This document shows positions 1 to 8,264 of a stretch of DNA of 64,000 nt, piece by piece (the stretch's first letter is position 1; each line of letters begins with the position of its first letter). Below the pieces are notes generated by a model. The model ran no database searches, was not told the DNA's origin, and saw only the letters and a program-made list of their open reading frames with translations. The stretch is from Rubripirellula sp. (GTDB lineage: Bacteria > Planctomycetota > Planctomycetia > Pirellulales > Pirellulaceae): contig OZ244207.1 in NCBI GenBank assembly GCA_965216875.1, positions 2,816,001 to 2,880,000 of the forward strand, given 5' to 3'. The translations under genes were made by a program, and so were the position numbers.

Positions 1-2204
1 TTGGTCCATCGGCGTCTCGATGCATGGCGAAGGAACGTTTCCGAAACAAGGGGCGGGAGCTCTCTCGCAGCCGAAAGGCCAAACAAACTCTCGGCGATCC
101 AACGCGTGAAACCGTTTCGAATGAAGAAGTTCGACAGAAACGGCAATCGCGAAGCCACGGCCGCAACAGAATCAATGCGGCCTAACAAAATGTCTGAGAG
201 CGGCAGCCCGTTGGTCGCAACAAACTGCGCCTTCAACTCGCCGACCACTTTGGGAATGTCAACCGAAGCAGGACATTCGGCGCGACACTGATGACAATTG
301 AAACAGAGGTCCGCAATCTCCTTGGCCTTTTCGTCGGCAAGGTCGTCGACATTGAGCTGACCACTCAGCACACCACGCAACAAGTTTGCTTTTGCGCGAG
401 GTGATGCTTCTTCTTTGGGAATCGCTCGAAAAACTGGGCACTGCCGTTCACCCGACGCTGTCGCACGACAACGGGCGCAACCATTGCAGCTTCGAGCCAC
501 CGTTGCGACCGATGCGCCCGCTTGCCAATGTTGAAGCACTTCCAATTGCGGAACTGACCGTCCTTCGGCGCGAGCCGATTCCACGATCGGCTTGTCGGGC
601 TCAATCAGCACGCGATTATCAGAAGTGACCTCGATCGTTTGGTCCGCAGGGCGAAGGTTTTCGTTCGGCTTTTGCAGCGTCGCGCCAAACAGTTTTCCCG
701 GGTTCAAGCGGTGAAAGGGATCAAACAACCGTTTGACTTGCCCCATCGCTGGCCACAACGCGCCGAATTGGCGAGGCAGCAGGTACGATCGGCTTAGCCC
801 AGCGGCGTGCTCCACACTCACCTCGCCACCGTGGTCCCAAACAACTTCGGCGATCTGCTGGGAAAGTTCGACCAAACGTTCTCGATCGTTGGTGTTGCCC
901 AGATTCAGAAAGGGCCGCAGATGAAGCTGGCCATGACCAGCGTGCGCAAACAAAGTGGCCGTTGCTTGATTGCGTTGCAGCGTTTCTTGAATCGCCGTCA
1001 GCACATCGGGGAGCTGATGCGGCGGCACCGATAGATCTTCGGTGAAAGGCAATGGGGCTTCGTTGCCACGAAAACGGTGCAGACGTGGGATGACGCGACG
1101 CGAAAGTGCCCAATACTTGTCCCGTTCCTCTTGTCGCACGGTATCAATCGACGCGAACGCGCCGTCCGGACCGCCAGCGAGTTCTTGTTGTATGATCGCC
1201 AAACGATCGTAAAGGTCCCCAAGCGATTCGCCCTGGATCTCCACCAACAGCATCGCTTCCGCTTCGACAGGCAATAGCTTCGCGAAATCTTGATCCGTGT
1301 CACGCGCGATCTGAAGCAAACGTCGATCCATCAAGTCGCATGCCACCAAGCCATGGTTGAGTGCCGCGACGGCGCTGCGCGCAGCCGAATCAAGACGATG
1401 GAAAAAGAGAAGCACGACGCCGCGGTGTGCCGGTATCGCTTCGGTTCGAACCTTGGCATCGACGAGCACGGCAAGGGTGCCCTGAGTCCCAACCATGAAA
1501 CGTGCGAGGTCGACCTTGCCTGAGTCGCTAACAACATCGTCCAGCCGATAGCCGCCGCGTGACTTGGGTGCCGCTGCCCGCGCCGAGATCTGCTCGCGAT
1601 ATTGATGATGAATCTCGGCGATCCCTCGAGCCAATCGGCCCGTGGTTCCCTCTTCATCTTTTGAGTGCACGCCTAGCTCGAGCAGTTCGCCATCGAAGGT
1701 GACGACCCGCATCGATTCGATCGTGTCACGAGCGGCGCCGCTGCGCAGATAATGGCTGCCCGAAGCGTTCGTCGACAGGACACCGCCCATCGTGGTGATG
1801 CTTCGTGTGACCGGATCAGGACCAAACCACCGTCCCAACGGTCGTAGCATCCGGTTGACCGAAGCAAGCGCTGCACCGCTTTGGACGGTCACGTGGTTGC
1901 CATCGGGCTCGACGGAGATCCGACGCATGTAGCGCGAGAAATCGAGAATCAGCCCGCTGCCGAGCGATTCGCCTGCGACGCCACTGCCGGCCCCGCGAGG
2001 ATGAAGGGCGATCTCGTGCTCTGCCGCGTACTGGGCTGTCGCGATCACATCGGCAACCGTTCGCGGCCGGACCACGCCCAGTGGTTTGATCTGATAGATG
2101 CTCGCGTCGGAGGCGTACAGCTGAGAAACGAAGGGATCGCACAGCACATCGCCGCCGACGATCCCCCGCAAGTCATCTTGTACGCGTTGACGCTCAATAT
2201 CCAT
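1..2204 (-). CDS. FAD-binding/4Fe-4S oxidoreductase (GlcD/YdiJ-like), 3'-truncated by the window edge
   Basis: Not in the ORF track because its stop lies outside the window. Manual translation from ATG 2204 gives MDIERQRVQDDLRGIVGGDVLCD...LYASDASIYQIKPLGVVRPRT...PRGAGSGVAGESLG. The same frame near the left edge gives CNGCARC and CFNCHQCRAECPASVDIP Fe-S motifs. Confidence 0.88.
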   Translation of the reverse strand, partial: MDIERQRVQDDLRGIVGGDVLCDPFVSQLYASDASIYQIKPLGVVRPRTVADVIATAQYAAEHEIALHPRGAGSGVAGESLGSGLILDFSRYMRRISVEPDGNHVTVQSGAALASVNRMLRPLGRWFGPDPVTRSITTMGGVLSTNASGSHYLRSGAARDTIESMRVVTFDGELLELGVHSKDEEGTTGRLARGIAEIHHQYREQISARAAAPKSRGGYRLDDVVSDSGKVDLARFMVGTQGTLAVLVDAKVRTEAIPAHRGVVLLFFHRLDSAARSAVAALNHGLVACDLMDRRLLQIARDTDQDFAKLLPVEAEAMLLVEIQGESLGDLYDRLAIIQQELAGGPDGAFASIDTVRQEERDKYWALSRRVIPRLHRFRGNEAPLPFTEDLSVPPHQLPDVLTAIQETLQRNQATATLFAHAGHGQLHLRPFLNLGNTNDRERLVELSQQIAEVVWDHGGEVSVEHAAGLSRSYLLPRQFGALWPAMGQVKRLFDPFHRLNPGKLFGATLQKPNENLRPADQTIEVTSDNRVLIEPDKPIVESARAEGRSVPQLEVLQHWQAGASVATVARSCNGCARCRATASGERQCPVFRAIPKEEASPRAKANLLRGVLSGQLNVDDLADEKAKEIADLCFNCHQCRAECPASVDIPKVVGELKAQFVATNGLPLSDILLGRIDSVAAVASRLPFLSNFFIRNGFTRWIAESLFGLSAARELPPLVSETFLRHASRRRWT

Positions 2205-2305
2205 GCGGTCTATTTCGATCGCTGGACAACGGTTGCGTCAAGCTAGGGAGGCGAAAAGTTGCACCAAAAAGACAAACTCGCCCCATACGACCGGTTTCCC
2301 TCTCC

Positions 2306-2423
2306 GTAGGTCATGCTCCGCAGGACGTGTTGTCGGGGTTTGTGGCCCGTCGGGTGATCGCAAACAGTCCGCTTTCGGAATTCTGCCGGATCAGCGTCGC
2401 TGTCGCTCCTTGATCCGGCCTAC
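2306..2423. repeat. Inverted pair of GTAG-type REP-like palindromes of two different families
   Basis: GTAGGTCATGCTCCGCAGGAC at 2306-2326 (+), and the reverse complement GTAGGCCGGATCAAGGAGCGACAGCGACGCTGATCCGGCA at 2384-2423. Confidence 0.7.
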
Positions 2424-2438
2424 TCGCGGAAGCAGAGC

Positions 2439-3146
2439 CTAGGCTCCGCGGTTGATCAGGCCAAGGACCTCGGCACGCGACTTGGGGTCGTCCTTGAAAG
2501 CTCCACGCATTGCGCTGGTCAAGCAAAGGCTGCCGGGCTTTCTCACGCCTCGCATCGTCATGCAGCTATGCGTCGATTCGACAATCACGGCGACGCCGCG
2601 GGCGGAGAGTCGCTCCTCGATTAGGTTCGCGACCGTGTGCGTCATTCGCTCTTGAACTTGTGGGCGGCGCGCCACCTCTTCGACTACCCGCGCAAGCTTG
2701 CTCAACCCAACCACCTTGCCCTTGGGCAAGTAGGCGATGTGTGCGTGACCAGTGAACGGCAATAGGTGGTGTTCGCACATGCTGCAGAAACTGATGTCGC
2801 GAACAAGCACAATCTCGTCGTACTCCTCGGTAAACACCTTTGCCAAGTGACGACCGGGATCGGAGTGAAGGCCGGCGAACATCTCGGCATACATGCGAGC
2901 CACACGACCGGGTGTTTCCAGCAGTCCTTCACGGTCCGGATCCTCGCCCACCGCATCGAGGATGACACGAACTGCCCCCTCGATTCGCTTGAGATCGACC
3001 CCTTCGCCACGAGGCTCATTCTTGTCGACATACAGGGGTGGCTGGAGATCGGAACAAGCAGATTGCCCATTGCCGCCGCCGCAGGAGGATCGGTCTGAGA
3101 TTTGATCGGTCAAGGAAGATTCCGGATGGCTAGCGTCCAAATGCAT
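2439..3146 (-). CDS. folE: GTP cyclohydrolase I
   Basis: Motifs [43 protein letters not shown] and HSCMTMRGV. The start may lie somewhat downstream of 3146. Confidence 0.97.
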   Translation of the reverse strand: MHLDASHPESSLTDQISDRSSCGGGNGQSACSDLQPPLYVDKNEPRGEGVDLKRIEGAVRVILDAVGEDPDREGLLETPGRVARMYAEMFAGLHSDPGRHLAKVFTEEYDEIVLVRDISFCSMCEHHLLPFTGHAHIAYLPKGKVVGLSKLARVVEEVARRPQVQERMTHTVANLIEERLSARGVAVIVESTHSCMTMRGVRKPGSLCLTSAMRGAFKDDPKSRAEVLGLINRGA

Positions 3147-3268
3147 GATTTCGCTCTGTGGGGCCTATCGTAACAGCTGAAGTGACAGATCGTACATGGC
3201 CGACAAGTCTGCCAGACAACAGATCCCTCAAGTTCGATGGGCACCGCTGGTCGCACCTTCCAACCCTG

Positions 3269-4012
3269 CTAGTTCAGGCTGAATGGCGGTGGAAATCGCC
3301 CCTCATCCTGCTGCGGTTCTTCGGGAGCCGAAGGTTGTGGGTCGATCGAGACGCTTTCAAGCTCGATCTTCCCGCTCCCCAAAAGGTCAATCAGATCCCG
3401 CGCTCGCTGATCCACGTCGGGCTGACCGAGCAGCTGCAATTTTGCGTCGACTTCGAAGGGCAGGGTGTAGGAGATGATGTCGGTGATTGGGCCCAATCCC
3501 ATCTGGCCCGCCATCAATTCGTGCAAGTTTTGCTGAACCGTCGCGCTGGCAGGGATCAGAGCTCCAAACGCCTCGAGTAGCTCTGTCTTGAGCGTGAGGC
3601 GTTGTTCGGCGCCCGAGGGCGGGTAGACGTCCGCATCGATCTCGACCTCGGCAATTCGAAACGGCCGAGACGCATCGAGTTCGCGGATGATCCGCGCCCG
3701 AGTCATGCCAACAAGCAGGATGTTGTGCTTGTCGTCCTCGAGCTCGGAGTGAGAAATGATCTTACCGATACAAACCGTCGACGCGATCGGTGGCGGTTGG
3801 TTGGTCGCGAGCGTGATCCCTCCGGTAAGCGTCGCCATCGCAATCAGCTTGTCGCTCTCAAGTGATTCGGCCAGCATTTCACAATAGCGTGGCTCGAAAA
3901 TGTGTAGCGGCTGCATCGAATGGGGAAAGACGACGAGCTCTGGAAGGGGAAAGAGCCGTACTCGCCCGTCAAAGTCGTCGGGCAGCTTCGTTACGTCGTC
4001 CAAATGGTGCAT
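3269..4012 (-). CDS. Lon protease N-terminal (substrate-binding) domain protein, stand-alone
   Basis: Motif RLFPLPELVVFPHSMQPLHIFEPRYCEM; no AAA+ or protease domain. ATG 4012 preferred over TTG 4057. Confidence 0.88.
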   Translation of the reverse strand: MHHLDDVTKLPDDFDGRVRLFPLPELVVFPHSMQPLHIFEPRYCEMLAESLESDKLIAMATLTGGITLATNQPPPIASTVCIGKIISHSELEDDKHNILLVGMTRARIIRELDASRPFRIAEVEIDADVYPPSGAEQRLTLKTELLEAFGALIPASATVQQNLHELMAGQMGLGPITDIISYTLPFEVDAKLQLLGQPDVDQRARDLIDLLGSGKIELESVSIDPQPSAPEEPQQDEGRFPPPFSLN

Positions 4013-4167
4013 CAGATTCAGGTCACCCCGATGCAGTGCTTTCGGGCAGTAGCTCAAACCATGGTCATGGCTCGAGAGAAAAGGTTTCGTCTTTGCTGGA
4101 GACAGGCTCCAGCATCATTTTTTTCGCCAGTTCAATCTTTGGCAGTCCAACCGTTGCAAATCCCCAA

Positions 4168-4932
4168 TCAGTCGTCGCTGGCAAAGATCATCAGAATTCG
4201 CAGGACGTACCAGAACAACAGCACGACCGACGAGAACAACGCGAGTGCAGCTGCGACGTGTTGGTCCGTGCGGTAATGCCGCATGATGTTCGAGGTGTCG
4301 TACAGGATGTAGCCACAGGCAAGCCCGACCATGATCGCCGAGAAACCGAGGCCAAACATCGAACTGAATCCGGTAATAATCCCCGCAACAATCGCGCACA
4401 TCGCCAAGATGCCGGCAAGCGCCAAGTATTTACCCCAGCTTGTCAGGTCGACCTTGGTGACAAAGACAAAGGCGGTGAGCCCGATAAAACACATTCCAGT
4501 GATCACCCCGGCCAAGATTGGCAACTCGGGAGCGTTCATGAATCGCACGCAGATGTAGAGCATTGGAAGCAGAATCACCGCTTCCGCGAGGACATAAAGC
4601 CCAAGCCCGGCATACTGCACCGCAGGGGATGTGTCGCTGTGAGCCCACATGCGTGCCATCCAAGAAACGCCCATAAATGCGCCGAGCACGATCAACCAAC
4701 CAAAACCACTCGTCATGCGAATCGTCAGGGCGGTCATCGTTTCGTGAGGGACGACCGTCAGCAGAATCGCCTCAATCACAATCAAGGCGAGCACAGCACC
4801 TGTCATTGTGGCGTAAGTGCGGCGAATGAAGCTCGTTCGCGCCGAGTCTTCCGCGGTGTAGGCGACGTCCGCGACGGTCGCCGTTACGGCAAATGGGTTG
4901 TCTTGGTCTACGTGTCCGTTGGGATTGCGCAT
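4168..4932 (-). CDS. Bax inhibitor-1/YccA family membrane protein
   Basis: Motifs RTSFIRRTY and YILYDTSNI; about 7 hydrophobic helices; C-terminal AAALALFSSVVLLFWYVLRI. Confidence 0.9.
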   Translation of the reverse strand: MRNPNGHVDQDNPFAVTATVADVAYTAEDSARTSFIRRTYATMTGAVLALIVIEAILLTVVPHETMTALTIRMTSGFGWLIVLGAFMGVSWMARMWAHSDTSPAVQYAGLGLYVLAEAVILLPMLYICVRFMNAPELPILAGVITGMCFIGLTAFVFVTKVDLTSWGKYLALAGILAMCAIVAGIITGFSSMFGLGFSAIMVGLACGYILYDTSNIMRHYRTDQHVAAALALFSSVVLLFWYVLRILMIFASDD

Positions 4933-5203
4933 CGGCGACTCTCACCCCTCTCTTCTTGGTTGGTTCGAATACCTCTGACAAATATACCGCGCGGATGTGT
5001 CAAGGTGTGAGAGGAAATCATTGACGGACCGTCGATCGTCTTCAACAATTACAGTCGCCCCTGGAGGGCCACTATCGGTCCCGGTGGTGAATCGATTGTG
5101 GCCTTGATGAAGATTTCGACAATTTTGTCGCCAATCGCCTCATCAGCGTCCCTCGTTCACAGCACCAACCCTCTCTTGCTTTTCTAGTCTCGCGGATTCC
5201 AAC

Positions 5204-5800
5204 ATGCTCCTGTCCGGTGAAGAGATTCGTCAGCGTCTGAACAACGAATTGCTGATCGATCCATTCGACCCCGAGCGATTGAATCCCAACAGCTACAACC
5301 TGGCGCTGCACAACGAATTACTCGTCTACGAGGAAGTCGTTCTCGATGCAGCTTCGCCCAACCGGTACCGCCGGATCGAGATTCCCCCCGATGGTCTGAC
5401 GCTCCAGCCCAACATGCTTTACCTGGGCCGGACGGTCGAACACACCGAAACACACGAATTGGTTCCGATGATCCAGGGCCGCAGCTCGCTCGGCCGGCTC
5501 GGTCTGTTCATCAACCCAGGCGGCAGCATCGGTGACTGCGGCTACTGCGGTACGTGGACGCTCGAAATGCACTGCGTCCAACCGGTCCGCATCTATCCGA
5601 ACATGCAGATCTGCCAGATCTACTACATGCAACTCGCCGGCAAGTGTGCTGAGTATTGCAGCGACAAGTATCAAAACAGTCGCGACATTCAACCGAGCCT
5701 GATGTACCGCGAACTCGGTGGTGACGTCGGCGATGTTCAACTCGAACTCTCGTTCGAAGAATTGCTCCACGAAGCAAGCCGCGGCTCATCGGTCTCGTAG
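5204..5800 (+). CDS. dcd: dCTP deaminase
   Basis: Motifs LNPNSYNLAL, GRSSLGRLGL, GDCGYCGTWTLE and ICQI...KYQ. Confidence 0.92.
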   Translation: MLLSGEEIRQRLNNELLIDPFDPERLNPNSYNLALHNELLVYEEVVLDAASPNRYRRIEIPPDGLTLQPNMLYLGRTVEHTETHELVPMIQGRSSLGRLGLFINPGGSIGDCGYCGTWTLEMHCVQPVRIYPNMQICQIYYMQLAGKCAEYCSDKYQNSRDIQPSLMYRELGGDVGDVQLELSFEELLHEASRGSSVS

Positions 5801-5938
5801 GTCATGCTGTGCATGACTGGTTCGTAGTACCGAGCTTTAGCCGGAATCTTCCGCCCAATGACGCGATCGCGTTTCTACCCACCTTCTGGCGACGGTAGGT
5901 ACGGCTTCTAAGGTGTCATGCACAGCATGACCTACGAG
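5794..5938. repeat. REPIN-like element with perfect 24-bp terminal inverted repeats and nested REP relics
   Basis: CTCGTAGGTCATGCTGTGCATGAC (5794-5817) and its exact reverse complement (5915-5938). Inside lie GTAGTACCGAGCTTTAGCCGG (5824-5844) and CCACCTTCTGGCGACGGTAGGTAC (5879-5902). Confidence 0.85.
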
Positions 5939-6135
5939 CGCTGCGGATCAATCACCGAGCCTCCGCAGCCCTCCCTGTTCCGCATTTCCCGTACAACCGC
6001 GCCATCCATCGCCAGGGGCTGGTTTTGTTGAATCGCTCCCGCGACAGCGGTATCTTCGACTGCTCAGCCGCAGGATGAGCTGACTAGGCTAGCTTGATTG
6101 ACCACCCATGACTTTCTCGAGCCCTGGCGATCGCT

Positions 6136-8253
6136 GTGGCAAATTCATCCTCCGAGCCAACGCATGCGAATTCGACGAGCCCCACGGCACCGTCGATCTC
6201 GCAATCCCATGAGGCGATCGTTGCGCGCGTCGAGGAGATGGCCAATGCTGCGACGCATCGAGGCGAGTTCCTACGTCGTCTCGCCGAAGAATTGAGGAAC
6301 CAATTTCAAGTGGGACTCGCTCTTGTCCAATCACCTGATTGGTCCTCCCCAATGATGCTGGTCGCCGACGAAACCATGGCTCAACACATTGATCGCGACG
6401 CCATGCGAGCAATGGTCGAATCAGCAACAACGGCACCGATCGCCTGTGATGTGCCCTGTCGCGGCGCGGATAATGACGAATCCCAGTTCGCGCGAGGTAT
6501 TCGCATCGCCTTTGGCGAAACCGAAACGCGCGCCGCTGTCCTGTTGATCTACGCTCAAATGCGCCGTCCATCGAGCGTTGATCAAATCCAAGACCTGCAA
6601 CAACTCAAGCAGTACGCCGATGCTTCCGGCCCCTTGCTCGGTCGGATGCCAGCCGAAGAACCTTCTCAACCCGTTTCATCAGCCCACGGCGCGAACGCTG
6701 CAGCTCCATCGCGTGCCGAAGGTCAGTTGATCACCACCAACGTCCTTTCCAACGCGAACAACCGCAACGCACTCCTCGAGTTCCATCGAGACCTCGACCT
6801 CAACGCAACGGCGCACCGCATCGCAAACGAGTCACGTCGTTTGTTGCAGGCCGACCGAGTCACGGTGCTTGTGCCCCATCGCGGAAAACTACGCGTCAAA
6901 GCAATCAGCGGTGTCGCGGTTGCCGATTCGCGAAGCAACAGCGTCAAAGCGATTGAACAATTTGTGCGTGCCGTGACAGTGATGGGCAAGCCGCTGCAAA
7001 CAGCGGCCGATCAGCAACTACCGCCGCAAGTGCAGCAACCACTCGACGACTATTTGGATGAGTGCGGAGTCGCGTCGGCAACCGTGTTGCCACTTCGTTC
7101 GCCCGACCGCAATGACTCGGAAGAAGCTGACGAGTCACAGCCGTTCAATCCAATCGAAGGCGATAACGAAGTCGTTGGCGTCATTGTGCTTGAATCATTC
7201 GCCGACCAGCGGGCCACCGGCATCACAAGCGCGATGATGCAGGTTGCAACCGAAGCCGCCTATTCGCTTCGCAATTCCAGCGAGCATCGACGCGTGCTCG
7301 GCCTGCCCGTGATGAAAGCAGCCGGCAACGTCGTCCATTCCAAACGAGCCCCTTGGTTGATGGCCGGAGTCTTCGCGTTGGTTGGTTTCCTGGTTGCTGG
7401 CAGCCTGATCCAGGTCGACCACCACGTCATCGCGACCGGCAGCGTCGAACCTCTGCAGCGACGTCAAGTCTTTGCTGCCGTTGACGGGATCATCACAGAC
7501 GTACTCGTAAAAGATGGCCAGCAAGTCGAAAAGGGCCAGCCGCTCTTTCAACTGGAAAATGCGGACCTGGAAAGCCGGGGCGAGAACCTTTCTGGCCAGT
7601 TGCAAACCAAGTCACGACAACTCGCCTCGCTTCGATCGGTCCGCTTGACCGAACAGGGTGATGCCCTCAAAGCCGGACGCATGGCACTTGAAGAACGACA
7701 ACTCGAAAGCGAACTGGCGAATCTTCGAGCCCAACTTGACGTCGTGCGACGTCAGCAGGACGAACTCGTCGTCACGAGCCCACTTTCGGGATCGGTCGTC
7801 GGCTGGCAATTGGCTCAGCGTCTGAGCGATCGCCCCGTCTCGCGCGGCAACCTATTGGCCAGTGTTGTCGACGCTGAGGGCGATTGGACGCTCAAACTCC
7901 AAGTGCCCGATGCCGACATGGGAGCCGTGCTTGACGCCCTCGAGGTGCAAACAGATCTGCCGATTCGATTCGCCGTCGCCACCGAACCGCAACGCTCCTA
8001 CAGTGCCAGTTTGGTTGAACTTGCAACCGCCGCCAGGTTGTCCGAAAGTGGCCAGCAGGTCGTCGACCTCACAGCCACCGTGACCCCAACGCCAGCCGAA
8101 ACCTCTGGACTCGACACGTTTCGACCAACCGACGTCCGCGTCGACGCCGACGTCACGGCGCGCATCGCCTGTGGACGCCGCTGTCTGTTGGCGAGTTGGT
8201 TTAGCGACGTGATTGATTTCACGCACCGCAATGTGCTGTTCTATCTGCGTTGA
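6136..8253 (+). CDS. GAF-like domain + HlyD-type membrane-fusion (periplasmic adaptor) protein
   Basis: GAF-like segment (ATAHRIANESRRLLQADRVTV), one TM helix, lipoyl half-motifs (VFAAVDGIITDVLVKDGQQVEKGQPL; VTSPLSGSV) flanking a coiled coil. Confidence 0.85.
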   Translation: MANSSSEPTHANSTSPTAPSISQSHEAIVARVEEMANAATHRGEFLRRLAEELRNQFQVGLALVQSPDWSSPMMLVADETMAQHIDRDAMRAMVESATTAPIACDVPCRGADNDESQFARGIRIAFGETETRAAVLLIYAQMRRPSSVDQIQDLQQLKQYADASGPLLGRMPAEEPSQPVSSAHGANAAAPSRAEGQLITTNVLSNANNRNALLEFHRDLDLNATAHRIANESRRLLQADRVTVLVPHRGKLRVKAISGVAVADSRSNSVKAIEQFVRAVTVMGKPLQTAADQQLPPQVQQPLDDYLDECGVASATVLPLRSPDRNDSEEADESQPFNPIEGDNEVVGVIVLESFADQRATGITSAMMQVATEAAYSLRNSSEHRRVLGLPVMKAAGNVVHSKRAPWLMAGVFALVGFLVAGSLIQVDHHVIATGSVEPLQRRQVFAAVDGIITDVLVKDGQQVEKGQPLFQLENADLESRGENLSGQLQTKSRQLASLRSVRLTEQGDALKAGRMALEERQLESELANLRAQLDVVRRQQDELVVTSPLSGSVVGWQLAQRLSDRPVSRGNLLASVVDAEGDWTLKLQVPDADMGAVLDALEVQTDLPIRFAVATEPQRSYSASLVELATAARLSESGQQVVDLTATVTPTPAETSGLDTFRPTDVRVDADVTARIACGRRCLLASWFSDVIDFTHRNVLFYLR

Positions 8254-8264
8254 GAGGTGGCCGC

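Noticed and set aside
1..2246. Many short ORFs in the supplied track
   Set aside because: They are shadows of the minus-strand FAD/Fe-S oxidoreductase that runs off the window edge.
3862..5010. 382-aa plus-strand ORF
   Set aside because: Antisense to the BI-1/YccA and Lon-N genes, with no recognisable motifs; typical of GC-rich shadow ORFs.
2439..5800. folE and dcd as a possible 7-deazaguanine DNA-modification or phage-type cluster
   Set aside because: No queC, queD, queE or dpdA-like genes are nearby. The two genes are on opposite strands and separated by ordinary housekeeping genes.
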